Source: an uncultured Actinomycetes bacterium
GTDB lineage: Bacteria > Actinomycetota > Actinomycetes > Streptosporangiales > Streptosporangiaceae
Assembly (NCBI GenBank): GCA_963703605.1
Contig: CAVPFC010000016.1
Coordinates: forward strand, 26,122-90,121
Direction of reading: 5' to 3'
DNA: 64,000 bases
Shown here one piece after another: positions 49,290 through 60,021 of the stretch (the stretch's first letter is position 1; every line of letters starts with the position of its first letter). The notes under the pieces were generated by a model, which saw only the letters and a program-made list of their open reading frames with translations, ran no database searches and was not told where the DNA came from. The translations under genes and the position numbers were made by a program.

Positions 49290-49758
49290 GAGCCTAACCC
49301 TGCTCGCCGCTTCTCGACGCGGCGGGGAACAGCGTCAGGGGCCAGCTTGTGGCGCGGCATCTTTCCAGGACGCTGGGACTGAACCTGTTCACGTCCACGC
49401 CGCCGCGGCCTGGTGGCCGGGCACGTTAGGCCCGGGCGAATCCGGGCAAGGTAATGCGGGATAATAGGGCATGGTTTGCGCTGCTTGCCGGCATCAGCAT
49501 CACGAAGAGTGCCCGGGCGGTAACTGGTGCGACTGTCAGCATCAGCCATCCTCCAGGCCGCCGGAGCCGCCGGTCGGCTGGATCCGCCAGGGTTAGCCCG
49601 CGGGTTCTACTGCTGACAAACCCGCCACACCGATACGATCGAGGGTCGCCTGCTGCACTCCGGCATGGCAGAGTGGGAACATTTCCCGTAAGGGATGTGG
49701 TTCAACGCTATTGCAGAGAACGTCGGTGGCTACGCTTGACCGGATGGGAGCCTGCCTG

Positions 49759-50505
49759 ATGAGTTTGAGCGCGACCCGCCCAACGTACTCAGACAAGACC
49801 CCCCCAGGAGGCGCCAAGGAGGCTGAACGGCGCCAGGCGCTGGCGGCGCAGGCGGCAAAAGACCTGGCCAGCGCCCCCGCGCAGGATGTCATCAAGTGGG
49901 CGGTCGAGGCGTTTACCGACCGCATCTGTATCACCTCGTCGATGACCGACGCGGTCATCATCCACCTGGCGGCGACGGTGAAGCCCGGCATCGACGTCAT
50001 CTTCCTCGACACCGGCTATCACTTCCCCGAGACGATCGGCACCCGGGACGCGGTGGCGGCCACCTACCCCGTCAACCTCATCAACGTCACCCCGTCCCGC
50101 ACCGTGGCCGAGCAGGACGCCGAGCTCGGGCCCCGTCTCTACGGGCGCAACCCCGACCTGTGCTGCTACCTGCGCAAGGTGGTCCCGCTGGAACGGGCGC
50201 TCGACCCCTACGACGCCTGGATCACCGGCGTGCGGCGCGAGGAGACGTCCGCGCGCAGCGACACCAAGGTGGTCGAGTGGGACGCCAAGCGGGCCATGGT
50301 GAAGGTGAACCCGATAGCCAGCTGGACGCAGGAGCAGGTGGACGCCTACGTCGCCGAGCATGGCGTGCTGATGAACCCGCTGGTCGACGACGGCTACCCG
50401 TCCATAGGCTGCGCCACCTGCACGATGCCGGTGCAGCCCGGGGCGGACCCGCGCAGCGGCCGCTGGGCGGGCACCGGCAAGACCGAGTGCGGCCTGCACC
50501 TTTAA
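49759..50505 (+). CDS. cysH: adenosine/phosphoadenosine 5'-phosphosulfate reductase (Fe-S type CysH)
   Basis: Contains FLDTGYHFPET, a Cys pair (DLCCYLRKV), CATC and the C-terminal KTECGLHL motif. Starts at ATG 49759 (alternative 49711). Confidence 0.9.
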   Translation: MSLSATRPTYSDKTPPGGAKEAERRQALAAQAAKDLASAPAQDVIKWAVEAFTDRICITSSMTDAVIIHLAATVKPGIDVIFLDTGYHFPETIGTRDAVAATYPVNLINVTPSRTVAEQDAELGPRLYGRNPDLCCYLRKVVPLERALDPYDAWITGVRREETSARSDTKVVEWDAKRAMVKVNPIASWTQEQVDAYVAEHGVLMNPLVDDGYPSIGCATCTMPVQPGADPRSGRWAGTGKTECGLHL

Positions 50506-50622
50506 CGGGCTCTTGCCTAGGGGGTCAGCTACTGGAACCCGGAACGGCGGAGCCATGAGGTACTCTCCGTCCACCGATGGTCGCGCAGGGATATCGCGGG
50601 CACCGGGCCGAGGAGGCAGTGA

Positions 50623-52314
50623 GTGACCGCGCCGCACGTTACCCACGAGGTTCGGAACCAGGTCCCGTTGCTGGCGGGTCACGACGTGGCCGCCGACCCC
50701 GCGCTGCTCGAGGCGGTACAGCGGGAGGGCGCGGGATGGGCCATCCCCGAACTGCACGAGCTTGGGCTGCTGGCCGGCCGCGCCGAGACACAGGACCAGG
50801 CCCGGCTGGCCAACGAGCACCCGCCGGTGCTGCGCGGCTACGACCGGTGGGGCAACCGGATCGACGAGATCGAGTTCCACCCCGCCTGGCACACGCTCAT
50901 GCAGACGGCCGTCGGCCACGGGCTGCACGCGGCGCCGTGGGCCGACGAGCGGCCCGGCGGCCACGTGGCCCGCGCGGCGAAGTTCTACGTGTGGTCCCAG
51001 GCGGAGGCCGGGCACGGCTGCCCCGTCTCGATGACCTACGCGGTGGTGCCGGCCCTGCGGCACGCGCCGGACCTGGCCGCCCGGTTCGAGCCGCTGCTCA
51101 CCGCCCGCGCCTACGACCCCGGCCTGCGGCCGCCCGAGGGCAAGCGCGGCCTGCTGGCCGGCATGGCGATGACCGAGAAGCAGGGCGGCTCCGACGTCCG
51201 GGCGAACACCACCCGCGCCGAGCCCGTTCCCGGCGCCGGGCCCGGAGCGCACGTGCTGACCGGCCACAAATGGTTCTGCTCGGCGCCGATGTCGGACCTG
51301 TTCCTCACGCTCGCCCAGGGCCCGGCGGGCCTGACCTGCTTCCTGCTGCCCCGGGTGCTCCCCGACGGCACCCGCAACGCAATGCGCCTGCAGCGCCTGA
51401 AGGACAAGCTCGGCAACAGGTCCAACGCCTCCGCGGAGGTGGAGTTCGACGGCGCGCTGGCCTGGCAGGTCGGCGAGGCCGGACGCGGCGTCGCCACGAT
51501 CATCGCGATGGTGACCGCGACCAGGCTCGACTGCGTGATCGGCAGCGCAGCGGGCATGCGCGCCGCCACGGTCGCTGCCGTGCATCAGGCCACCTACCGC
51601 CAGGCGTTCGGCAAAGAACTCGTGGCCCAGCCGCTCATGGCGAACGTTCTCGCCGACCTGACGCTGGACTCCCAGGCCGCGACCGCCGTGGCGGTCCGGC
51701 TGGCCGGTGCCGCCGACCGGGCCGGGCGCGGCGACGCCGGTGCGGCGGCGCTGCTGCGGCTCGCCCTGCCCGCGGCCAAGTTCTGGGTGTGCAAGCGGTT
51801 CCCCAGCCACGCGGTCGAAGCGCTCGAATGCCTGGGCGGCAACGGATACGTGGAGGAATCCGGCATGCCCCGGCTGTACCGGGAAGCCCCGCTCAACTCC
51901 ATCTGGGAAGGCTCGGGCAACGTGACCTCGCTCGACGTGCTGCGGGCGCTGGCCCGTACCGCGGGCGCGGCCGACGCCCTGCTGGCCGAGCTGGACGCGG
52001 CGGCCGGCGCCGACCCAAGGCTTGACGCCGCGGTGGCGGGCCTGCGCGGGCTGATGTCCGCGCTGGAGGCCACGACCAGCCTGGAGGCACAGCACGAGGC
52101 CCGGCGGCTGGCCGGCCAGATCGCGGTGACCCTCGCGGCGGCGCTCCTGGTGCGGCACGCGCCCGCCCCGGTCGCCGACGCGTTCTGCGCATCCCGGCTC
52201 GGGCCCGGGTTTCCCGGCGGCCCCGGCGCCCCGTTCGGCACCCTGCCCGCGGGGCTCGACCTGACGGCGATCATCGACCGCGGCCGGGCCGAGCCGCCTG
52301 GCGGGGCCTGCTGA
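50623..52314 (+). CDS. AidB-like acyl-CoA dehydrogenase family protein
   Basis: 563 aa with GMAMTEKQGGSDV, and an N-terminal extension typical of AidB (YDRWGNRIDEIEFHPAWH). Confidence 0.85.
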   Translation: MTAPHVTHEVRNQVPLLAGHDVAADPALLEAVQREGAGWAIPELHELGLLAGRAETQDQARLANEHPPVLRGYDRWGNRIDEIEFHPAWHTLMQTAVGHGLHAAPWADERPGGHVARAAKFYVWSQAEAGHGCPVSMTYAVVPALRHAPDLAARFEPLLTARAYDPGLRPPEGKRGLLAGMAMTEKQGGSDVRANTTRAEPVPGAGPGAHVLTGHKWFCSAPMSDLFLTLAQGPAGLTCFLLPRVLPDGTRNAMRLQRLKDKLGNRSNASAEVEFDGALAWQVGEAGRGVATIIAMVTATRLDCVIGSAAGMRAATVAAVHQATYRQAFGKELVAQPLMANVLADLTLDSQAATAVAVRLAGAADRAGRGDAGAAALLRLALPAAKFWVCKRFPSHAVEALECLGGNGYVEESGMPRLYREAPLNSIWEGSGNVTSLDVLRALARTAGAADALLAELDAAAGADPRLDAAVAGLRGLMSALEATTSLEAQHEARRLAGQIAVTLAAALLVRHAPAPVADAFCASRLGPGFPGGPGAPFGTLPAGLDLTAIIDRGRAEPPGGAC

Positions 52315-54461
52315 TGCGGCTCTGGCCGGGAGCCCCGTACCCGCTGGGCGCGACGTGGGACGGGGCGGGCACCAACTTCGCCCTGTTCTCCGAGGTCGCC
52401 GAGGCCGTCGAGCTGTGCCTGTTCGACCCAGGCGGCGACAGCCCGTGGCCGGGGACCGAGACCCGGATCACGCTGACCGAGGTGGACGGCTTCGTCTGGC
52501 ACGGTTACCTGCCCGACGTCGGCCCCGGCCAGCGTTACGGCTACCGGGTACACGGCCCGTACGCGCCGGCCGGCGGCCACCGGTGCAACCCGGCCAAGCT
52601 GCTGCTCGACCCCTACGGCAAGGCGGTGGACGGGCAGGTCCGCTGGCATCAGGCCGTCTTCGGTTACCGGCTCGACGACCCGTCCGCCCCCAGCACCACC
52701 GACAGCGCCCCGTACATGCCGGTCAACGTGGTGATCAACCCGTTCTTCGACTGGGGTGACGACCGCGCGCCGCGTGTGCCCTACCACCAGACGGTCATCT
52801 ACGAGGCGCACGCCCGCGGGCTCACCATGCGCCACCCGGCGCTGCCCGAGTCCGTCCGCGGCACGTACGCGGGCCTGGCCCATCCGGCGGTGATCGAGCA
52901 CCTGGCCAGGCTCGGGGTGACCGCGGTGGAGCTCATGCCGGTGCACCAGTTCGTGACCGAGCACGCGCTCGCCCGGCGCAACCTGAAGAACTACTGGGGC
53001 TACAACACCATCGCGTTCCTGGCCCCGCACAACGACTACGCCGCCACCGCCGAGCCCGGCGGCCAGATCGCCGAGTTCAAGGCCATGGTGAAGGCCCTGC
53101 ACGAGGCGGGCATCGAGGTGATCCTCGACGTTGTCTACAACCACACGGCCGAGGGCGACCACCGGGGCCCGACCCTCTCGTTCCGCGGCATCGACAACGC
53201 CGCCTACTACCGGCTCGGCGAGGACGACCCGCGCTACTACCTGGACTACACCGGCTGCGGGAACAGCTTCAACGTGCGCTCGTCGCACGCGCTCCAGCTG
53301 ATCATGGACTCGCTGCGCTACTGGATCATCGAGGCGCACGTCGACGGGTTCCGGTTCGACCTCGCCGCGGCGCTCGCCCGGGAACTGCACGACGTGAACC
53401 GGCTGTCCGCGTTCTTCGACCTGGTCCAGCAGGATCCGGTGGTGTCCCAGGTCAAGCTCATCGCCGAGCCCTGGGACGTCGGCGACGGCGGCTACCAGGT
53501 CGGCAAGTTTCCGCCGCTGTGGAGCGAGTGGAACGGCAAGTACCGCGACGCCGTCCGCGACTTCTGGCGCGGCCAGCCGTCGACGCTGCCCGAGTTCGCC
53601 TCCCGGCTATCGGGCTCCAGCGACCTGTACGAGACGAGCGGGCGGCGTCCTGTCGCCTCGATCAACTTCGTCACCTGCCATGACGGCTTCAGCCTGACCG
53701 ACCTGGTGTCCTACAACGGCAAGCACAACCAGGCCAACGGCGAGGACGGCAGGGACGGCACCGACGACAACCGGTCCTGGAACTGCGGCGCCGAGGGACC
53801 GGTCAGCGACCCGGCCATCGACGCGCTCCGGGCCAGGCAGCGGCGCAACTTCCTGGTCACGCTGTTCTGCTCGCAGGGCGTGCCGATGATGCTGGCCGGT
53901 GACGAGCTTGGCCGCACCCAGCGGGGTAACAACAACGCCTACTGCCAGGACAACGAGCTTTCCTGGGTGGACTGGAGCATGGCGGAGGCCAACGGCGGCC
54001 TGCTCGAGTTCACCTGCACGCTGTCCGCGCTGCGGCGCAAGCACCCGGTGTTCCGCCGCCGCCGGTTCTTCCGCGGTATACCCGAGGGCGACGGCCATGT
54101 GGCGGACATCGCCTGGCTGACCCCGTCCGGCACCGAGATGGGCGACCAGGACTGGGGCACGCCGTATGCCCGCGCGATGACGGTCTTCCTCAACGGGGAC
54201 GCGCTCACCGAGCCCGGGCCGCACGGCGAGCAGGTGCGTGACGACTCCTTCCTCGTCATGCTGTCCGCCGCCCGCGAGCCGCTGGAGTTCACGGTGCCGC
54301 CCAGCAGGTTCGGCGAGTGCTGGGCCGTGGTGCTCGACACCTCCGCCGAGCGGGAAGAGCGCCCGGATCTGCGGCCCGGCGATCACCTGCTGCGCACCGG
54401 CTGCTCGGTGGCGGTGCTGCGGCGGACCGCGGCCGGCCAGCCGGCCGCCGCTTCTGGTTGA
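52314..54461 (+). CDS. glgX: glycogen debranching enzyme GlgX (GH13)
   Basis: 715 aa: MRLWPGAPYPLGATWDGAGTNFALFS..., with GH13 catalytic blocks (VILDVVYNHT, GFRFDLAA, EPWD, FVTCHDGF). Confidence 0.95.
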   Translation: MRLWPGAPYPLGATWDGAGTNFALFSEVAEAVELCLFDPGGDSPWPGTETRITLTEVDGFVWHGYLPDVGPGQRYGYRVHGPYAPAGGHRCNPAKLLLDPYGKAVDGQVRWHQAVFGYRLDDPSAPSTTDSAPYMPVNVVINPFFDWGDDRAPRVPYHQTVIYEAHARGLTMRHPALPESVRGTYAGLAHPAVIEHLARLGVTAVELMPVHQFVTEHALARRNLKNYWGYNTIAFLAPHNDYAATAEPGGQIAEFKAMVKALHEAGIEVILDVVYNHTAEGDHRGPTLSFRGIDNAAYYRLGEDDPRYYLDYTGCGNSFNVRSSHALQLIMDSLRYWIIEAHVDGFRFDLAAALARELHDVNRLSAFFDLVQQDPVVSQVKLIAEPWDVGDGGYQVGKFPPLWSEWNGKYRDAVRDFWRGQPSTLPEFASRLSGSSDLYETSGRRPVASINFVTCHDGFSLTDLVSYNGKHNQANGEDGRDGTDDNRSWNCGAEGPVSDPAIDALRARQRRNFLVTLFCSQGVPMMLAGDELGRTQRGNNNAYCQDNELSWVDWSMAEANGGLLEFTCTLSALRRKHPVFRRRRFFRGIPEGDGHVADIAWLTPSGTEMGDQDWGTPYARAMTVFLNGDALTEPGPHGEQVRDDSFLVMLSAAREPLEFTVPPSRFGECWAVVLDTSAEREERPDLRPGDHLLRTGCSVAVLRRTAAGQPAAASG

Positions 54462-54469
54462 CTGCTGGG

Positions 54470-55291
54470 GTGCGCCAGATCTACCCGGGCGAGGCCGCGC
54501 TCACCGACGCCGGTATCGCCGCCCGGTACGCCTGCCCGGACCGGGCGGTGGGCTCGCCGCCCTGGGTCCGGGCGAACATGGTGACGAGCATGGACGGCGC
54601 CGCCTCCCTGAAGGGGCGCTCCGGCGGGCTGTCCAGCGAGTGGGACAAGCAGGTCTTCGCGATGCTCCGGGCGATCACGGACGTGATCCTGGTGGGCGCC
54701 GGGACCGCGCGCGCAGAGCGCTACGGCCCGGTGCGGCCGCAAACCGAGGGACGGCGCTGGGCCTGGCTGCGAGAGGGCCGGACGCCGTCGCCGCCGATCG
54801 CGGTCGTGACCCGCCAGCTTGACCTGGACCTCGGCAGCGCGCTGGTGGCCGACTCGCCGCAGGACGCCAGGACCATCATCATCACGACCGAGTCGGCGCC
54901 ACCGCAGCGGCTGGCAGCGGCGGCGCGCACCGCTGACGTGCTGGTCGCGGGCGAGACGATGATCGATGGCGCGGTAGCGCTGGACGGGCTGGCCGAGCGC
55001 GGCCACCGCTGCATCCTTGTCGAGGGCGGGCCGCACCTGCTCAGCCATATCGCCGGCGCGGGCCGGCTCGACGAGGTGTGCCTCACCGTGAGCCCGCTGC
55101 TGGCCGGCCCGGACGCCGGGCGGATCGTGCAGGGAGATCCGCTGCCCGCGGGCGTCGGTGCCCTGCCGTTTGCCCTCGCGCACGTGCTGGCCGACGAAGG
55201 CTACCTGTTCTGCCGGTACCTCGCCGCCGGCGACGTCGGCCCGGGGTCAGCCGAGGATGTCGGCCAGGTCGAAGCTGACCGGCTCCTCTAG
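54470..55291 (+). CDS. RibD C-terminal domain (pyrimidine/dihydrofolate reductase-like) protein
   Basis: Contains VRANMVTSMDGAASLKGRSGGLSS...DVILVGAGTARAERY...ILVEGGPHL. The start is GTG 54470, or TTG 54458 overlapping the glgX stop. Confidence 0.8.
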   Translation: MRQIYPGEAALTDAGIAARYACPDRAVGSPPWVRANMVTSMDGAASLKGRSGGLSSEWDKQVFAMLRAITDVILVGAGTARAERYGPVRPQTEGRRWAWLREGRTPSPPIAVVTRQLDLDLGSALVADSPQDARTIIITTESAPPQRLAAAARTADVLVAGETMIDGAVALDGLAERGHRCILVEGGPHLLSHIAGAGRLDEVCLTVSPLLAGPDAGRIVQGDPLPAGVGALPFALAHVLADEGYLFCRYLAAGDVGPGSAEDVGQVEADRLL

Positions 55292-56311
55292 CTGCTCGTA
55301 GGTGCAGGAACGCGGGTCCCGGTCCTCGCGCCAGCGGACGAACTGGGCCGTGTGCCGGAACCGGGCGCCCTCCATGTGGTCATAGCGCACCTCGATCACC
55401 CGTTCGGGGCGCAGCGGGGTGAACGACAGGTCCTTGCCCGCGTTCCAGCGGCTTACCTCCGCCTCCCGGGGGGTGCCCACCACGCCTTCCGGCCGTGCCC
55501 AGTTCCACGGGTGACCCTCGAACGTGGTGACCAGGGGCTGTAGCTCGGTGAACAGCGCCCGCCGCTGTGCCATGGGGAACGCGCCGACCACGCCCACGCT
55601 GGCCAGATGGCCGTCTTCTTTGTAGAGGCCGAGCAGCAGCGAGCCGATCGCCTCCTCGCTGGTCTTGTGCGTCCGGTAGCCGGCCACGACGCAGTCGGCG
55701 GTGCGCTCGTGCTTGACCTTGAACATGACCCGCTTGTCGGGCTCGTAGCCGCCGTCGAGCGGCTTGGCGATCAGCCCGTCCAGCCCGGCGCCCTCGAACT
55801 GGGCGAACCACCGCCCGGCGAGGTCACGGTCGGTGGTCGCGGGGGTGACGTGCAGCGGCGGGCGGACGGTCGCCAGCGCGCTCTCCAGCGCGGCGCGGCG
55901 CTCGGCGAACGGCCGCTCGGTGTAGTCGGTGTCGCCGAGTGCGAGCAGGTCAAACGCCACGAAGCGGGCCGGCGTCTGCTCGGCCAGCAGGTTCACCCGG
56001 CTCGCCGCCGGGTGGATCCGCTGTAGCAGCGCCTCGAAGTCCAGCTTGACCCCGCCGGAGTCGGGCACCACGATCTCCCCGTCGATCACGCACCGCTCCG
56101 GCAGCTGCGCCGTGATCTGCGCCACGAGCTCGGGGAAGTACCTGGTCATCGGGCGTTCGTTGCGGCTGCCGATCTCCACCTCGTCGCCGTCGCGGAAGAC
56201 GATGGACCGGAACCCATCCCACTTCGGCTCGTAGCTGTACGGGCCGTCGGGTATCTGCTTGACCGGCTTGGCCAGCATCGGCGCAACCGGCGGGCTGACC
56301 GGAAGTCTCAT
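55247..56311 (-). CDS. ligC: ATP-dependent DNA ligase (LigC type)
   Basis: ATG 56311 follows GGGAGGA. The protein reads MRLPVSPPVAPMLAKPV...YEPKWDGFR (adenylation Lys motif I), and also has LDGEIVV-like, FDLL and the OB-fold C-terminus. About 354 aa, with no additional LigD domains. Confidence 0.85.
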   Translation of the reverse strand: MRLPVSPPVAPMLAKPVKQIPDGPYSYEPKWDGFRSIVFRDGDEVEIGSRNERPMTRYFPELVAQITAQLPERCVIDGEIVVPDSGGVKLDFEALLQRIHPAASRVNLLAEQTPARFVAFDLLALGDTDYTERPFAERRAALESALATVRPPLHVTPATTDRDLAGRWFAQFEGAGLDGLIAKPLDGGYEPDKRVMFKVKHERTADCVVAGYRTHKTSEEAIGSLLLGLYKEDGHLASVGVVGAFPMAQRRALFTELQPLVTTFEGHPWNWARPEGVVGTPREAEVSRWNAGKDLSFTPLRPERVIEVRYDHMEGARFRHTAQFVRWREDRDPRSCTYEQLEEPVSFDLADILG

Positions 56312-56530
56312 CCTCGTATCCTCCCCTATCCGCTCCGGCCATGGTCTCATCCGCCCCGTGCGTCCTCCGCCACCCCTCGCTCCCTTGACATCTCAGGCCA
56401 AGGCGAGAGGATGTGTTTGCTTTCGTGCGCTTTTTTGATGATCAATGGGCGAATGCGTTCGATAGAGCATCGCCAGACCAGGGCGGCAGGTGCGTCACTC
56501 GGCATCACGACCAGCAGGCAGGTGAGGGCC

Positions 56531-59500
56531 ATGGACAGCGATCAGATCAACCCGGCACCGGATGACGCGGCCGCGCGGCCGTCCCGCCGGCAGGTGCTCT
56601 ACGGAGCGGGCGCCAGCTTAGGGCTGGCCGCCCTGGCCCCCGTGCTGGGCACCGGGAGCCGCCCGGCCGGCCACGGCAGCCGGGTGGCCGCGCGCGCCGC
56701 AGCGGACAGGTACCTCGACTTCGGCCAGGACTGGAAGTTCGTCCTGGTCAACCCCAACGGCACCAACGACCCGACCGGCGCCTACACCACTGCGTACCAG
56801 CCGGGATTCGACGACTCGAACTGGCAGGCCCTCGACGTCCCGCACGACTGGGCGATCTATCTCACCCCGGTCGACCTGCCCGGCACCAGCGGTGCCACCG
56901 GCTTCCTGCAGACCGGCCTGGCCTGGTACCGCAAGCACTTCACGCTGCCACCGTCCCTGGCGGGGCAGCGGATCTCGATCGAGTTCGACGGCATCTACAT
57001 GAACTCGACCGTGTGGCTCAACGGCCAGCAGCTCGGCAATCACCCGTACGCCTACACCGGCTACAACTTCGACATCACCAGCCTGGTCCACACCGACGGC
57101 GTTACCGGCAACGTGCTGGCCGTCCAGGTACCGAGCGCCCAGCCGAGCAGCCGGTGGTATTCCGGCAGCGGCATCTTCCGCAACGTCTACCTGGTCGTCA
57201 CCGGCCCCGTGCACGTCGCGCGGCACGGCACGTTGGTCACCACCCCGGACCTGGCGGCGAACCTGCAATCGGGCTTCGCGGCGGTGCAGATCCAGACCGA
57301 CGTCGAGAACGACGGTACCCAGGCAGCCACCGTGGACGTGGCGGTCACGATCACCGATCCGCGGGGGCGGACGGCCGGGCAGGGCGCCGCCACCGTGACC
57401 GTGCCCGGCGGGCCAGACCCAGTCCGGCGTGGTAACGGTCAACGTGACCGGCCCCGCCCTGTGGTCCACCGCCAGCCCGGACATGTACAGCCTGACCACC
57501 GAGCTGTCGGTGGGCGGCACCGTGGCGGACGCCACCACGACCCCGTTCGGCATCAGGTACGTCAGCTTCGACCCCCGCAACGGCCTCTCGCTCAACGGCC
57601 AGCCCATGAAGCTGCAGGGCGTTGACCTGCACGCAACCGAAGGGGCGATCGGCTCGGCCGTGCGCTACGACGCGCTGGTGCACCAGATGCAACTGATGCA
57701 GAGCATGGGCGTCAACGCGTTGCGCACCGCGCACAACCCGCCCGCTCCCGAGCTGGTGCAGGTCTGCGAGCAGCTCGGCATCCTCATGATGGTCGAGGCG
57801 TTCGACTGCTGGCACACCGGCAAGCTGCCCTACGACTATCACCTCTACTTCGATCAGTGGAGCGAGTACGACATCAAGGAGATGGTCAACGCCTCGAAGA
57901 ACTCGCCTGCGGTGGTGCTGTGGTCGATCGGGAACGAGACCCCGGACACCGGCCTGCCCGGCGGCCCCGCCATCGCGCAGCAGCTCATGGGCTACATCAA
58001 GTCGATCGACACCACCCGCCCCGTGGTGATGGGCTCCGACCAGTACCGCAGCCTGCCCAGCACCGGGCTCGCCGCAGGACCGGATCGTGCGGCTGCTTGA
58101 CGGGCTTGGCGTGAACTACAACACGGCCATGTCCATGGACGCCCTGCACCAGGCCTACCCGGACACGCCGTTCTTCTGCTCGGAGACCTCGTCGGAGGAA
58201 TCCACCCGCGGCGTTTACCAGGACCCGCAGCTGCTCAACACCGGGGAGAACTACACCCCGGGCAAGCGCGCCACCTCGTCCTACGACAACAACCTCGCCT
58301 CGTGGACGATGAGCGGCGAGTACGAGCTCAAGAAGGACCGCGACCGGCAGTTCTGGCAGGGCGGCTTCCTCTGGTCCGGCCAGGACTACATCGGCGAGCC
58401 GACCCCGTACGACGTGTTCCCGGTCAAGTCGTCCTTCTTCGGCGCGGTCGACGAGGCCGGTTTCCCCAAGGACGCCTACTACCTGTTCAAGAGCCAGTGG
58501 ACGACGGCCCCGATGGTGCACATCGTGCCGATGAACTGGACGGACTACCAGCCGGGGCAGCCGGTGGCGGTCTGGGTCTACGCGAACGTCGCGACCGTGG
58601 AGCTGTTCCTCAACGGCAAGTCGCTGGGGGTGAAGTCCTTCGACCAGAAGGTCACCACCTTCGGCCGCCAGTACCTGGAGACCACCGAGCCGACCGGGGA
58701 CGACTACAACTACCCCTCGGGCAGCTACACCAGCCCGAACGGCAGCATGGGCAAGCTCCACCTCAGCTGGTCCGTGCCGTTCCAGCCCGGCCTGCTGACC
58801 GCCGTCGCCACGCAGAATGGCCAGGTCATCGCCAAGGACAGCATCCAGACCGCCGGGCAGCCGCAGACGATCACGCTCACGCCCAACGTCCAGGCGATCC
58901 CCGCGGATGGCACGTCGCTGGCCTTCCTGGCCGTCGAGATCACCGACCGGGCGGGCGTGCTGGTGCCCAGCGCGGACAACCTGATCCAGTTCAGCGTCGA
59001 CGGGCCCGGCGTGCTGGCCGGCGTGGACAACGGCCAGCAGGAGAACCCACAGAGTTACCAGGCGTCGTCGGTGCCCGCCTTCAACGGCAGGGCGCTGGTC
59101 ATCGTTGGCTCGGCACCCTGGGACGGCCGAAGCTCACCCCGGCACGACGACCGGATAACGGTCACCGCCACCTCGCCTGGGCTGCGCGGGGCCCGGGTCA
59201 CGCTTGGCTCGGCGCCGCCACGGACCGGGCGGGGCCGGACCACCGCCGCCGCGGCCGCCGCGGCAGCGGCCAGCAGGCCCGCTCCGGCCAGGCCGGACCC
59301 GCAAGCGCCCACCGCCGACGCGAGCTACTCGGGCGCGCCCGACACGGTGCCCGCGGCGATGCTCGACGGGAACCTGTCCACCGGGTGGTCGAACTTCTAC
59401 GACAAGGCGCAGACCGCCAACCTGCGCGCCGTCAGCGTCTCCAACGCCAGCGACTGGGTCGCGCTCTCCTGGCCGGGACCGCAGGTCTTCGACTCGGCCG

Positions 59501-59763
59501 TCGCCTACTTCACCACGGGCGGCGCGCTCGCGCTGCCGGCCACGATCGACGTCTCGTACTGGGACGGCCGGGACTACGTGCCGGTACGGAACCTGGCCAT
59601 CGACTGGGCCACCGCGTCCAACCAGCCGACCACCCTCACCTTCGATCCGGTGCGCAGCAGCCAGTTGCGGCTGGACATGACCAGCACGGCACCGGGCACG
59701 GGCGGTGGCTTCCTGATGATCGCCGAGCTTCAGGTGCACGGCAACGGGGGGCGGATCTCCTAG
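56531..59763 (+). pseudogene. Tat-exported glycoside hydrolase family 2 (beta-galactosidase-like) with C-terminal discoidin/F5-8C-like domain, broken by two +1 frameshifts
   Basis: The Tat motif is SRRQVLYGAGASLGLAALA. GH2 sugar-binding, Ig and TIM blocks are spread over ORFs 56411-57625, 57429-58100 and 58087-59763 (NALRTAHNPPAPE, WSIGNE). The junctions are at GGCGGG 57407-57412 and GGG 58065-58067. Confidence 0.85.
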
Positions 59764-59778
59764 CCGGAACGCCGGGCC

Positions 59779-59808
59779 GCCCCCGCTGGCGACGCTGCCA
59801 GCGGGGGC
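59779..59808 (+). terminator. hairpin after the GH2 gene (12-bp stem, 6-nt loop)
   Basis: GCCCCCGCTGGC-gacgct-GCCAGCGGGGGC, read directly, 16 nt after the stop. Confidence 0.6.
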
Positions 59809-60021
59809 TGCCTCTAGCTGCCGCCGCTACAGCCCCATTTCCCGGGCGATCCCCGCCGCCTGGACCCGGCTGGCGGCACCGTCACCGCATGTCCCGCCGA
59901 CCCCGCTCAGCTCGACCGCCTGCGGACCTGGGCGTGGGAGCGCGGGCGGACCGATGTCATCCTGGACCTCGACCTGCACGCCGGAGCCTGGGCCTTCCAG
60001 CAGTCGCCGTCCCGGGCCAAC

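Noticed and set aside
59221-59290. GCC/GCG-rich stretch looking like a DNA repeat in the GH2 gene.
   Set aside because: It encodes a poly-Ala/Pro linker (TTAAAAAAAAASRPAPARP) between the catalytic and discoidin-like domains. It is an ordinary low-complexity linker, not a structured repeat element.
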